Below, piece by piece: positions 49,391 through 63,600 of a stretch of 64,000 nucleotides of DNA. The DNA lies in NCBI RefSeq assembly GCF_963921235.1, contig NC_086097.1, positions 199,208,001-199,272,000 on the forward strand, given 5' to 3'. The stretch comes from Mobula hypostoma. Lineage: Eukaryota. Position numbers and translations under genes: made by a program. Numbering within the stretch: the first letter of the stretch is position 1; the number at the start of each line of letters is the position of its first letter. The notes under the pieces were generated by a model. The model was not told the origin of the DNA. It saw only the letters and a program-made list of their open reading frames with translations, and made no database searches.

Positions 49391-51609
49391 TGGTTTTGTA
49401 AGCATAGTTTTATAAGCTCCGCTAAACTTTTGCATGTGTTGGTGATCACACATCACACTCGACGGACTATAGAGTCACAGAGAGCAGAAACGGGTCTGTT
49501 TTACCCTTATACGCCCAGTGCATTCACTCTGTCTATGCCCCTCATTATTTTATACACTCCTACAAGGTCACTTGTTCACCTACTCTCCACTGAATAAAGT
49601 TCCAACCCCCACTTAACTCCTCTTCCTAACTCAATCCCTTGAATCTCAGTAATATGCAACTGAGGTGAGAATATTTCACAGGGTTCACACCATCAGCTCT
49701 GAGACAGCAGCAGTGATTCAACACTAAATCTAGGGAGTTTACAGTACAGGGAATCTGGCAGGTATGGATGAAAGAAGTTAAAGTGCAGGAAAGCCCATTC
49801 AAAAAAGATCTGTTTAAATTTCATAAGATAACATGAACATGGTGTAATCTTTGTATTTTTTTTAAATTACATTGTAACTTAGTACTGTTTAATTCAAGTC
49901 GGGAGTTCTATTGATAAGTGGAGAAAGCAAAAAATATTTGAACTAGCAGGGCCACCATCTCTTGGCTGCAGTGATTCCAGTTCAGTCCTGATGTCTAGTG
50001 CTGCCTGTGTGGACTTTGCATGTTTTCCTTGTGACCATCTGCATCCCACCTCCCCCAGGTGATCTGGTTTATTCCCACATTCGAAAAATAAGCAGGTATA
50101 TAGATTACTTGTTTCTGTAAATTGCCCCTAATGTGATAGAATATAGAAGTGTTGATGGGAATGTGGGGAGAATGAAATGGATTGTTGTAAGAGTAGTGAA
50201 AGTGGGTGTTTGGATAGTGCATTTTAAAACAGCATTTTTAGCAGTCATTTCTAGGCCACAATCTTAGTCTAGGTACCCATTATACACATCTTCATGTTTC
50301 AAAAATTGGAAAATAATGTGGATTTGACATTCTTTTTATATTATTGCTCAAATTAATCCCAGAAATTCAGCATGTGACTGCAACCTTCATTACCCCATGG
50401 AGAGATTGATGAAGATCTGTGTGAAAATAAAGCTGTGCTGCTATTATTTCCTGTGTTTTATGCAAATAAATATAGGGCAATGTGAAAGCCAGTCTAGACT
50501 GTGAATAATATTGGGTACAGTTAATTGCAATGTTTGCCTGCATGGAGTCTATAACACAACCTTTCAACCAATTAGTATGTGCTTCTTAAAGTAATCCAAA
50601 CCAAGCTTTGCAAATGCTTTCCTTTCAAATTGGCTTATTAAAAATTTAGTTTTGATGCCAACTCTGGTATCAGTGGTAACAGTAGAGCAGATTTATAGAG
50701 TGCATTTTGCTAAGAGCACATAAAACACAGGAATTGAAACATTTCACAACCAAGTAAAATAGCCTTAATTAGCATCTTAAAGAAAAAGTTGGTGTGTAAA
50801 GACAGCAAATTGTTGTAATTACTGTGGCAACCAATGAAAGTTGCTTAGTAACACAGGCATACTTAAAAGAATATTGTATACATGGTGAATAATTTATTTT
50901 TACTTTAAATAGACTCTTACAGTATTATTAAATATGTTATTCATTTTGTATTTTGGAAAATCATAGAACACTTTGGATTCCCGTTTGCTGAACGGAAGTT
51001 TTTGTTACAGCTCAGGAGAATGCCAACTGCCGTAATGGACGACTTGGTTACAGACTAGCGCTCTGCAACTTCACACTATGAGGAAGCATTTGTTCCATTC
51101 ATTTCCCCATAATTGAGCAGAGAGAATACTGCATAAAGTATTGATATTACCTAATTGCGATCATTAACACATCAACAATTTCATTTAAAATATGTTTTCA
51201 TTTTAAAACCTCACTTTGCTTCCCAGTAGTACATTTGGTCTTTAAGAGAATGAATAGAATTCTTCTGAATCTATACAACTAAACAAAACAGTAAAAATAA
51301 GTATGCTCTTGGAAATTTGCCAGATCAGGTAAAAGAATTAATTTCTCTAAATGCGGTAAGGGAGAGACCAAGCTGATGTGCCAGTAATAAATAATTTCAA
51401 CCTGTGCTGTATTTAACTATGTGGCAAAACTCTGACAAAATAATTCTCTGACGTGAATATTCAAGAAATTTGCATGCATGTTTTTTTTATGTATTTATTC
51501 CTGGATATTCTCTTGATATATAGTGTCTTATACAGTTTACACAAATATGGAATTCTGACATGGCTTAAATAGCATACAATGTGCTATTATATTGTATATT
51601 ATATAATGC

Positions 51610-52101
51610 CTTTGAGCAGAAAATCCTACAAAAGGTAGTGGATTCAGCCCGGCATATCATTGGCAAAACCCTCCTAACCATTGAGCATATCTAAGTGAAA
51701 TGTCGCTATAGAAAAGCAGCATCCATATCAAAGATCCTCACCACCCAGGCCATGCTCGTTTCTCACTTTTGCCATCAGGTAGATGGTACAAGAGCCTCAG
51801 GACTCACACCCCCAGGTTCAAGAACAGTCACTACTCCTCAACCATCAGGCTCTTGAAGAAAAGCAGGTAGCTACACTCATTTAAGGACTCTGTTATATTG
51901 TTATTTCATGCTCATTATTTATTGCTATTTATTTATATTTGGATTACAGTTTGCTTACTGTTAACAGTTCCTGATGTTTACAGTTTACTGTTGCTGTTCT
52001 ATAGATTTGCTAAGTATGCCCACAGATGAAGAACCTCAGGGTTGTATGAGGTAACATGTATGTACTCTGATAAATAAATTTCACTTTGAACTTTGAACTT
52101 T
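51610..52101 (+). mobile_element. Rex1/Babar-like 3' fragment
   Basis: KAASI..DP.HPGH..FSLLPSGR-like region, AATAAA and (TTTGAAC)n tail. Confidence 0.75.
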
Positions 52102-53182
52102 GTATATGCAGTATAAAACAAATTGTAAATGATTTTCACTTAATAACTTCTAATTTCAAGGCAAAAGAATGTTATTATTTCTGGCTAAATTTCATGTAAT
52201 TCTTGTCAGATCAGAGCAGAAAAACTGGAAATTGACTACGACCTTATACTTTCTAAGTGGTAATGCTGGAGGAAGGGTTTCTGTCCATTGCTCACAGGGA
52301 TAAGCATGGTTGAGTGTAAACTCTTCCAAAAAACTCTACATCCATGCCTTAGTGCAACATCTGCAAGTAGTGCATTAAATCAAAAATACTTTTCATTTCC
52401 CTCCACGACAACACCTTCCAATCTCTCCTGTAACCCCACCCTGACATCAAAATCACCACTATACCTGTCTTCCTCTCCTGTGCCGGGCAGTGACCTAGTA
52501 TTGAGGTCCACCTACCAATCTCTAAACCTCCAAGAAACATAAATGTTACTTATATTCTGCTGCTAAACTTGGTATTGGAAACAACGGGCCTTTCAGATTT
52601 CCTGACTAAATACCTGCCACGCCAACCACAGAGACTTTTGAAGGCATGTATCTCTCACCTGAGAACCCAGACAATAATCTAGGCCTGAAGCTTGCCAATA
52701 TTTATTCCACTGTCTTCCATTTAAAAAAGGCAAAAAGCCCTAACTTTTTTGTGTGAGTGAACTGGACAATGATCTTCAATTCTGGTCTTGTGTAGCAAGA
52801 TGGGAAAGGTGGAGCAAAGACGTGTCCGTAGAGTTGACATTTAAAATACCAGAACATGTGACGGTTGATGCTTCAACAACAAACATTTTAATACCATTTT
52901 AGTACAGGGGAAATTTAATCCTGAAAATATGTGGGCTTGGAATGGGTAGAAACATAAAATGTAGGACCCAAGACCGACCATGATCAAATCCACAGTGTTC
53001 CTGTATGAACAGAACTGAATGAAGGGATGCAGGCATAACCAACATCTTCTCTGGAGTTGGGATCTTCATTGAACAATTATAGCAAGACTGTGCATTACCA
53101 TTGCAATGGGCATTCAACTAATTTACTGTTATTCACAGTCTTTTGCTTTGTTCAGGAAATATAACAGCTAAATTGCAGCAAG

Positions 53183-55400
53183 AATCAGAATTACAATCAA
53201 GTTTAATATCACCGGCATATGTCATGCAGCAGCAGTACATTGCAAAACATAGTAACTATAAATGTTAATAAGAAGTACATATAAAATAAATTAAATAGGT
53301 TGTGCAAAAAAAAGAGGAAAAATACTGAGGTATTGTCCATGGCTTCATTGTCCATTGAGAAATCTGATGGCAGAGGGGAAGAAGCTGTTCCTGAAATATT
53401 GAATGTGTGTCTTCAGGTTCCTATACTTGCTGCTTCATGGTAGCAATGAAAAGACGGCACGTCCTGGGTGATGGGGGTCCTTAACGGAGGATGCTGCCTT
53501 TCTGAGGCATCACCTCGATAATGAGGAGGCTATTGCCCATGATGGCACTGGCTGGGTTTACAGCATTTTTCTGCTTTTTGTCTGATCCTGTGTGGTGGCC
53601 CCTCTGTACCACACAGTGATGCAACCAGTTAGAATGCTCTCCATGGTACATCTGTAGAAATTTGCAAGTGCCTCTGGTGACATACCAATTCTCCTCAAAC
53701 CTCCCAATGAAATATAGCTGCTGTTGTGCCTTCTTTATAACTGCATCAATATGTTAGGCCCAGGATAGATTTGCAGAGATGTTGACACCCAGGAATTTGA
53801 AACTGCTCTCTTTCCACTTCTGATCCATTGATGAGGACTTGTGTGTGTTCATCGACTTCCCTATCCCAAAACCCACAATCAATTCCTGGTCTTTCTGACG
53901 CTGAGTATAAGGTTATTGCTGCAACACCACTCAACTAGCTGATCTATCTCACTCCTGTATGCCTCCTTGTCACCAACTGAAATTTTGCCAACAATAGTTG
54001 TGCCATCAGCAAATTTATAAATGGCATTTGAGCTGTGCCTATCTAGACAGCTGTAGTTGTAGAGAGAGTAGAGTAGTGTGCTAAGCACACATCCTTGAGG
54101 TTTGCCAATGTTGACAGCCAGTGAGGAGATGTTATTTCTGATCCTCACAGACTGTGGTCTCCTGGAGAGAAAGTCAAGGATCCAGCTGCAGAGGGAGGTA
54201 CAGAGGACCAGTTTTGAAGCTTTTTCATTAGAATTAAGGGTGTGATTGTGCTGATTGCTGAGCTGTAGTCAATAAATAACAGTCTGACATAGGTATTGCT
54301 ATTGTCCAGGTGATCCAAGGCCAAGTGGAGAGCCAGTGAGACTGCATTCACTGTAGACCTATTGTGCAGCAGGTCCAGATCCTTGCTTAGGCAGGAGTTT
54401 ATTCTAGCCATAACGAACCTCTCAAACTTCTTCATCACAGTAAATGTGAGTGTCACTGGGCAATTGTCATTGAGGCAGCTCACCCTGCTCTTCTTGGGGA
54501 CTGGTATGACTGTTGCCTTTTTGAAGCAGGTGGGAACCTCCACGTGCAGCAATGGGAGATGTCCTTGAACACTCCTGCCAGTTGCTGCCATGTAAATGCA
54601 TTCATTATAAGAGGTCTAGAATACAAGTGCAAGGATGTGATGCTGAGGTTTTATAAGGCACTGGTGAGGCCTCACCTTGAGTATTGTGAACAGTTTTGGG
54701 TCTCTCATCTTAGAAAAGATGTGCTGGCATTGGAGCGGGCCCAGAGGAGGTTCACAAGGATGATTCCAGGAATGAAAGGGCTATCATACAAGGAATGTTT
54801 GATGGCTCTGAGTCTGTACTTGCTGGAATTTAGAAGGATGAGGGCAGATCTCATTTTAATGTTAACCTTTGTTAACCAATGTTAACCTTAACATTTTAAC
54901 CTTTCTAATGTTGAAAGGATTAGACAGAGTAGATGTGGGAACGATGTTTCCCATGGTGGGAGAGTACTGGACAAGAGGGCACAGCCTCAGGATAGAGGGG
55001 CGTCCTTTCAAAACAGAGATGCGGAGAAATTTCTTCGGCCAAAGGATAGTGAATTAGTGGAATTTGTTGTCACATGCAGCTGTGGAGGCCTGGTCATTGG
55101 GTGTATTTAAGGCAGAGATTGATAGTTTTTTGATTAGACATGGCATCAAAGGTTACGGGGAGAAGGTCGGGATCTGGAGTTGATGAGGAGATAGAAAAAA
55201 GGATAATCCATGATTGAATGGTGGAGCAGACTTGATGGGCCAGATGGCCTAATTCTGCTCCTATGTCTTATGGTCTTCTGGTTTTATGGTCTTATAGACT
55301 CAAGTTTTCAGAGTCCTACCGAGTACACCATCAGGCCTGATGCCTTGTGAGGGTTCTCACCTTCTTGAAAGATGTTCTGATGTCATTTCCTTTAAGTCTT
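53183..55400 (-). mobile_element. Rex1/Babar-like LINE interrupted by CR1
   Basis: [41 protein letters not shown] and KFADGTT motifs. Confidence 0.85.
54590..55293 (+). mobile_element. CR1 3' fragment
   Basis: LVRPHLEYCEQFW motif and (TCTTATGG)-type tail. Confidence 0.85.
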
Positions 55401-55689
55401 ACCACCACAGCTCTACTTGTCTCCTCTGGGCATGACAGGATACCAAATGCCAAATACCTACTCCAGGATAACTCTTTCCAAAATTCCTTCCCCTCCTCTA
55501 ATACTGAAATTGTCCATGTATTTCCTGCCTTTTTCTGTTGCAGTATGGATGGAAACTCAGGGATCTTGAAACTCAGAGCAGTGAGGAAAGCATCACTGGA
55601 TGTTTGTGAACTCTGAACACCCAGGATCCCCATCCATAATGCCTTCCTCCCAGAATAAATACAGATGAATGGTTCAATAGATCCGCTTA

Positions 55690-56550
55690 ATATCGGAGAA
55701 TGTATACAGCTTTCAAACCTGAAATTCTTGCTCTTCACAGACATCCACAGAAACAGAAGAGAGCCCCAAAGAATGAATGACAGTAAAACATTAGAACCCT
55801 AAAGCCCCCTCTCCTACCCATGCCCAAGCAGCAGCAAAGCATCAACCATTTACCCCATGCCCCTCCCCTATTGACTGCAGCGGAAAGCATCTGCACCCAC
55901 CAGCCACCAGTCACCAAGCAAGCAATGGCAAAGCCCCCATGATATGCATCAACAAAACCTAATTGTTCACCTGACAATTCAACTTGCCACCAGCTCTCTC
56001 TTTCTCCCTACCAAGGGACAGAGAGGTGTTGCCCCTTTTCCACAGCGAAAGGGGAGACCAGCAGCACAAAACAACTAATTGATTGTGATGTTACAGTCTG
56101 CCGTGTCGCTCTTATTCCGAGTTCTCCGACTCAAGAATCGGCAGCAAACTCTTCCCCACCATCGAAAGAGAGAAAGCAAGAGAGAGAGAGAGAGAGAGAG
56201 AGAGTACAGAGGACTCCGAAAGTTGATCTGCTGTTCGTGATGTTTCATTTCTTCCGCAATGTCTCGGTCATGACACTGGCATGGAACCAGTTTGTCAATA
56301 CGTCCACAGAGCCTTGTCCCAAAGGCATGCGTCGTCCAGGCCGCATCCTAGGGATATCAAAAAGAGGTTGGTTGATAAGCTCTTTGAGCGCAAACCACAG
56401 CCGTGAGGAACTGCAGTTTGAGTGCAGCTGTAGAATACTGATTTCAACAGAACCCCATCCACATTGAAAGGAAAATAAAAGACATTAAAGGGAAGAAATT
56501 AAGCTCTTTCGCAGATGAGCTCAAAGGAGCTGCTCTCTGGCAATATCTTA
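55690..56550 (-). mobile_element. Probable older non-autonomous retroelement with an internal (GA)n
   Basis: Minus-strand start AAGATATTGCC (resembles the AAGATGG start of 22890-23537), LINE-like 3' part near 55700-55800, and (GA)n at about 56180-56204. Confidence 0.45.
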
Positions 56551-57789
56551 ACTCTGCCCTATTCGCAACAATCTGAGTTTCCTATTCTCCACTATGAATT
56601 TTTATTATATAAGGTACTATTATTCTGTCAGGACTCGTAAATCTTCAAATCTAGTTTACAATGTGTATATTCTTACATGCTACATATAATTGCCTTCTAT
56701 AAGGATTATGATGAGAGGGAAGAGGAAACGAGAAGGAATCTTTTAAATTCTAATTTTTCTCTTCTCACGTGGAAATAAAAATGGAAACAAAAGTATACAT
56801 TTTCAATTTACAAATGGACAAATTTTTTTATGAGTTCAAGATGATTTATTGCAAGAGAGATTTGAGATTTGCTCTGACCTCTTTCTTAGTAAAGCTGTTC
56901 GCTTTTTTTTAAGTAAGCATTATAAGGAATTAAAATTAAAATGCTTTAAGAGAGATTATTTCTCATAGAAATGAAAGGTTAAATAATTTACTTTGGTTCA
57001 TCCTGCTTTTCTGTTTTTGAACATGTAGTAAATGTAAGTTATTTTAAAGTAAATCAAATTTGGCACAAATGAATTTTTAATTAACTACTTTATCTTTCGG
57101 AGAATTTGAAGCAGATTTCTAGGTAACCATCTGCAAATAGTATGTACATGGTATCTTGTAGATTCAGTATCAGCTCTGTTCCCACATAGTGAGTTATATT
57201 CATTGGCAATCAAGCTTGTAAAATATTGAGTTAGCTGAAATTGTTCTGATTTACCACTTTAGTAAGAAGTTAATCATTTGACCTCAGCTAACAAGTCTTA
57301 GTCAGGATTTATAAAAAAAATGACAGTGACAGCTGATGAAAAACAAATGCTTTTACAAAGTAAAATTCAGAGTGTTACTCACAAAGGTTGTAAAATGTCA
57401 ATATTTTATGGGAGCATCTACAATGGACCCTATATTTTTAGAGCACTGAAAGACTTGGATAAAAGTCACAAAACAGCCAATAAAATATCTCTGTATTCCA
57501 GTGACATGGAAACTGACAGAAAGCAATTTAATGACTGCAAAGAGGTTGCTAGGCTGACGATGTCACAGTGAGCAACACAAAGGCAGTCTGGCACAGGCTG
57601 TGCTTTGTTATTCCAACTCCTTCCGACTATTGAAAGTGAGGTTCTAAGTCCTGAATGAGCAGCTGATTCAAACAAATGGCTTCACAATGTGTGAAAAGTT
57701 GATTAACAGTGTTTTTTAATGTTAAGAAACTGAGAAAAAGGCAAACCAAAAGAGCAGAGAAAAGTATTAAAAATAATATAAGGAGAAGG

Positions 57790-58420
57790 TTCTCCTCCCT
57801 GAGAATCAACAAAGTCGTACCTCAAGGATGCTTCTTTCGTCCACTATTCTACATTCTCTCCCTCTACATTCTTTACTGTGTAGCTCAGCACAGCTCAAAC
57901 ACCATCTATAAATTTTCAGATGGCACCACTGTTGGTAAAATACCAAACAACGGCATGACGTTGTATAGGGGTGAGATATTTTGGCTGGTTGAGTGGTGCC
58001 ACAACAACACCTTCACTGTTCACGTCAGTAAAGAATTGATTGTGAGATTCAGGAAGTCAGGAAAACACACCAGCCACAATGATGGGTCCACGGAGGAAAG
58101 GGTGAGCAGCTTCAAGTTCCTGGGTGTCAGCATCTCAAAGAATCTGTCCTGGGCCCAACACATTGCTGCAATCACAAAGAAGGCATGGCAATGTCTCTCC
58201 TAGGAGCTTGAGACTTGTTATGTCAGCAAAGACTCTTGGTAGATGTATGGTGGAGAACATTCTGACTGATTTTGTCAGAGTCTGGTTTGGAGGTTCCAAT
58301 GTACGAGATCATGGGCAAAACCTTTTTCACCATTGAGGATCCATTCAAAGGGCAATGCCTCAAGAAGGCAGCATTCATCAGAAAGGACACACAGCATCCA
58401 AGATGTTTCCAATTCTCATG
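57790..58420 (+). mobile_element. Rex1/Babar-like fragment
   Basis: VPQGC, YKFSDGTT and SFKFLGV motifs. Confidence 0.75.
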
Positions 58421-58856
58421 AGGGAGGAGGAGGTGGACACCTTGTATGCCAGTTTCACCAAACCCCAATTTTAAAACATATTTAGGGATATTCCACAAAT
58501 GTCTTAGCATTGTCTGGGTTACACTTATGAATCATATCTGAACAACAACATAGAAAGGGAATATTTGGTCCATTTGATCCATGCCAACTCCTGTGCAGAA
58601 TTTCCATCTGTTCCACACCCCCTCTGCCTAATTCCCTGTTAATAAAATTCTCTCAGATGCTGATCAATTCCCCTTTAATTCTTTTATCTCTTACCTACAT
58701 TAAGGTGTAATTTAGAATAAGCAATGACCCTACTACGAGCAAGTCTTTTAGATGTGAAAGGAAAGCAGAGCTCATGACAGAAACCTATGCGATTGAAGTG
58801 AGAAAATGTAAATTCCACACAGGCAACATCCAAGACCATTATTGAACCTGAGGCTT

Positions 58857-61800
58857 AGAATTGGAGTCAAGTTCTTTATCATTGACATATGCCATGAAAT
58901 CTGTTGTTTTGTGACAGCAGTAAAGTGCAACACATTAAAAATTACTATGTTACAATAAGAAATATAAAAATAAGTCATACAAAAAGAGGGTAAAATGTGT
59001 GGTAGTATCTACTGGTCCATGGTCCATTTAGAAATCTGATGATGGAAGGGAAGATGCTGTTCCTAAAATGTGAACTATGTATCTTTAGGCTTTTATACTT
59101 CCTTCCTGATGGTAGAAATGTGAAGAGGGCATGTCCTGGACAGTGAGCTCCTTAGTAATGGATGCCACCTTCTTGAGACATCGTCTGTTGAAGAAGTGCT
59201 CAATGTTTGGGAGGCTAGTGCCCCTGATAGAGCTGTCCAGGCTAACAACCCTCTGCAGCTTTTTCCGATCCTGTGCATTGGTGCCTCCACACCAGATGGT
59301 GATGCAACCAGTCCGAATGCTGTCTGTGGTACGTCTGTAGGAATATGCTAGAGTCTCATATGGCATACCAGATCTCCTCGAACATCTGATGAGATATAGC
59401 CATTGATGTGCCTTCTTCATAATTGCATCAATATTTTAGGTCCAGGATATATCTTCAATGATACTGACACCCAGAAACTTGAAGCTGTTCATTCTTTCCA
59501 CTGCTGACCCTTTGATGAAGACTGATGTAGGTTTTTGTAAATAAAATGGCAGGGGTGTTTTACATTTAAGGGAAACTATAACAACTCCTTTATCACTAAC
59601 CAAAGACAAAACAAAAACAGTGGTAAAAAAAAAATTCACATCATTATGTCATCATGTCAGACCAGCCTCTGAAAGTGAACCCCAGCACAATGTCAGTTAT
59701 GTATGTTTCCACCCCTCACATCACCCTACACCCCCCCCCCCCCCAGAATTCACCAAAACCAGCATTGTGAGTCTATCCGGAGCTTCGATGAGCTGCCCGG
59801 CCTGGGTCCTATGTTTCATGGGTGGAGTCGTGATGCCAGGGGCATGATAAGTTCCAAGCCTCAGCAGGACCCATGGGAGACAATCATGCCCACATTCATC
59901 AAACAAGGAAGTCGTCAGAGCAGTCTTTAAGGAGCAGTGAAACTGCTGGCATAGGCCATTGGACTGCAAGTGATACGCCATGGTGTGATGTAATCTCATG
60001 CTGAGATTCTGGGTCATTACAGCGCATGGGTCTACCGTAAATTGGGAACTGTGCTCAGAGGAAAGGTCAGTTGGGGGGCCACTCAGGTGCTGGTGAATGC
60101 CTGACCCATGCCTGGAGCCGTCATCAATGCCAGAGGGACAAATTTTGGCCACCTGGTGGTACGATTCACTGTGGTAAGGTGATGCATGGGGGAGGAGGAA
60201 GGAAGAGGACCAACCAGGTCCACATTGACATGGTTAAACCGTCATTCGGAGATCTCAAAAAGTGCCAACGACACCTGAACATTTAATTAACTGAATAGTT
60301 AATTTTTGCCCACTGACACTCATCACAGGCTGCACTCCAATCAAGCATGTTCTTTCTAAGGCTGTGACGCACAAATTTTAGTGCAACCAGTTTCTGTCAG
60401 GCTTTCAGGTCTGCATGCCAGAAGCTGTGAATGGAGTGAAAAACGAGTACGCCTCCAGTTTGAGGGCACTAAGAGGAGAGGGCGAATGGTTGAGACATCG
60501 CACAGGAGAGAAACCCTTGCTTTACTGGGCTTAATGTCAGCCAACCATAGGACCGTGACTGCTGTTTGGTAAGCCTGGACCTCTGGATCAGTAGCTTGAT
60601 CAGGTGCCATGACAGTGTAGTCAACCCCGATATGTATGGCCTCAACAGCTGGCTGTAAGAGGCATCAGCCAGGACATTATTTTTCCTCTTGATAGGTTGT
60701 ACATCCGTTGTGAACTCGGTTATGTAGGCCAGGTGGTGTTGCTGCTGTGCAGACCAAGGGTCTGATAGTTTGGCCATCATGTGTATGAGGGGTTTGTAGT
60801 CAACGAGTGCCGTGAAATGGCGACCCTCTAGAAGAAAATGAAAATGGTGGACAGCCAGATAGAGACCAAGAGGCTGATAGTCAAATGTACTTCTTCTTGG
60901 GGCGAACGGAGCTGCCGGCTGAAGAAGGCGGTTAGTTGTCAAACGTCTCCAACCAACTGTTTGTGCACAGCACCCACAGCATAGTCTGAAGCGTCAGTAG
61001 TAATGGCTGTGGTTGGAGTGGGTGCGCCAGTAGGGTCATGTTGGAAGGAGCTCACTTAGTGTCATCAATTGCTTTGATCATGTCTGCTGGCCGAAAGTAC
61101 ATGATTAGGAGCATTGTTTTTAAGGGAACTGTACAGGGGGAGCATAAGTTCAGCTTGCGAAATGAAGCGGTGATAGAAATTCACCATACCAAAAACTCTT
61201 GTAGTTATTTAGTAGTGGAACAGTGGGAAGCCCATAATAGTGGCTACTTTAGATGGGAGGGGTTTCACACCTTCTGCGGAGATGCGATGGCCAAGAAAGT
61301 TAATGGATGACCACCCATACTGGAAGTTAGCAGAGTTAATAATCAACCCACATTGGCTTAAGCACTCGAACAGTGTGCGGAGATGAAATACGTGTTCGGA
61401 TTTGGATGCACTGCTGACCAGTACATCATCCAGGTAAACAAAAAGAAATTCTATGTCTTTTAATACAGAGTCCATCAGCTGTTTTTCAGCCTAACTGGCA
61501 TGTACAGAAATTCAAAGAGGCCAAATGGGGTTATCACAGCCATTTTGGGAATGTCCTCTGAGCACACAGGCACCTGATGGTAGCCCCTAACTAGATCAAC
61601 TTTAGACTAAGTTAACTTCCCGACTAAATGGACCAAAAAGTCTTTGACGTCAGGGTGGTGACTTTGTTAAGGCATTGGTAATCAGCACACGGGCAGCAAC
61701 CATCATCGGACTTAGGAACCACATGGAGGGCTGCAGCCCACGGGCCATTTGACTTGCATACAATGCCAAGCCTTTCCATGTTTGCAAACTTAGCCTTTGT

Positions 61801-63600
61801 GATTGCCAGCTTTTCTGGGTCCAGTCTATCCACGTAGGCATGGAACGGCGGGCCTATTGTGGAAATGTGGTGCTCAACGCCATGTTTTATGATTGTAGTA
61901 AATCATAAAACATGGAGAATGTGGGCTTAGTGAGTTCTGGGGATTCATCCAGCAGTCCAGTAAACTCACATGTGGAGTGCATGCACTTAACAGAGCCATT
62001 GTGGGGAACTTGCTGGGGGAGCAGGGTAACAACCCAAAGTCATTATCATCCACAAGCTGGCAGTTCTTGGGAATGCACTGAGCACAGGTCTAGTCACTTT
62101 AGCGAGGACAAAGTCCCATGTTTATTGTCAGCAACTGAAGCAGAGCATCACACATCGTGACCTGTAAGTCTGGATCTGCTGCCATCGGTGGCCTCCAGCG
62201 AGGTTTTGTCACTCTTTGCCTTCTCATCAATAGGCAATGGTGGCAGCACATTCACTTGAGCAACCGAGTCACACGTGAAGCATTGCCCTGAAAGGGTGTC
62301 TGTAATAAACAGTAAACAAATCTGGCAGCAGGAACCCCTGGTGTTCACAGACCTCTGATGTCCTGGTGTGCAGGCACTGTCAAAGCTGCAAGGCAGTTGG
62401 CACTTCCTACTGTTCGTATCAAAACGTGTGTGGTAAAAGCAGAGAGTCGGCTTTGTCTGTTTTGCAGCTGCGGCTTGTGTGTGTTGGTGGTGCTGCTAAG
62501 CAGGCTTAGTGAGGTAGGGAAAAGGGAATGCATTATGCACCTGTGTCTGGCTGGGGTAGACAGTGGAGTGCGTGGACTCCGCAAATCAACCATTTTAGCA
62601 AGATCCCCATAGTCCTTCACGTGTACATTAGCGAAGGCTATGCAAACTTGGTGAGGTCTTTGCTGTATGAAGAGTTCTTTAAAAATAAAAGAAGGATGTT
62701 GATCTCCCAGGAGAGACAGCATGTGATTCATTAACTCCAAAAGCCTAGCATCCCCCAGGCCGGGCAAGGAGAGCAACTGTTTGGTGCACTCAGACTCTGA
62801 CAGTCTAAAAGTCTGTAAAAGATGAGTTTTCAGCGATCGATATATATTGTGTTCAGGCAAGTTTGCAAGCAGACTCTCCACTCGCAACGCGGAACTACTG
62901 AGCAACGGTACTATGTAGTAATATCTGGTGTTGTCTGCGAAAATTTCTCATAGCGCGAATTCGGCCTTGGCTTGTACAATCTAAGCGACGGCATTTTGCT
63001 CCCGAACCTCCAGCCGTTTCAAAGCAACTGTATTGGCTGACATGTTGAATAACTCTGGAATCATCCTTGAGCATTGGGGTCATCAATGTAGGTTTTCGTA
63101 AATAAAATGGCAGAGGCACTTTAAGTTTGAGGGAAGTCATAACGACTCCTTTATTGTCCTCTAAACACTGAAAATAAAGCACCGTAGAAAACTTCACATC
63201 TTTACATTATCACGTCAGACCAGCCTCTTAAAGTGAACCCTAACTCAATGTCAGTGGTTGTGAATTATGCATACATTTTCATCCATTACATTACCCTAGA
63301 TATATTTGTGTTTTCTCAACCTCCCCTACCAGAAGTCCACAATCAGTTATTTGATCTTACAGACATTGAGTGCAACATTGTTATTGCAGCACTACTGAAC
63401 CAGCTGCTCTGTCGCACTCCTGTACTCCTCCTTGTCACTATCTGTGATTCTGCCTACAACAGTTGTGTCATTGGCAAGTTTATAGATGGCCTTTGAGCTG
63501 TGCCTTGCCACACCATTGTAAATGTAGAGAGAGTAAAGCAGTGGGCTAAGCAGGTATCTTTGAGGTGTGCCAGTGTTGACTGTCAGCAAGGAGGAGCTAT
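58857..63600 (-). mobile_element. Rex1/Babar-like LINE hosting the Gypsy provirus
   Basis: TGTPQ…LSPLLYSLY…KLANDTT at 63392-63589, with VERMNSFKFLGV and ITIWCG resuming below 59525. Confidence 0.8.
59526..63300 (-). mobile_element. Decayed Ty3/Gypsy LTR retrotransposon, CsRN1-like
   Basis: LTRs at 63087-63300 and 59526-59730. PBS-like TGATGACCCCAAT and a G-run PPT (59731-59744). Gag, protease (CDSVAQ), RT (VYLDDVL), RNase H and integrase (AYHLQSNGL) remnants are in Gypsy order. Confidence 0.9.

Noticed and set aside
57320..57700. 83-aa ORF or conserved non-coding element
   Set aside because: No motif support, and conservation cannot be judged from one sequence.
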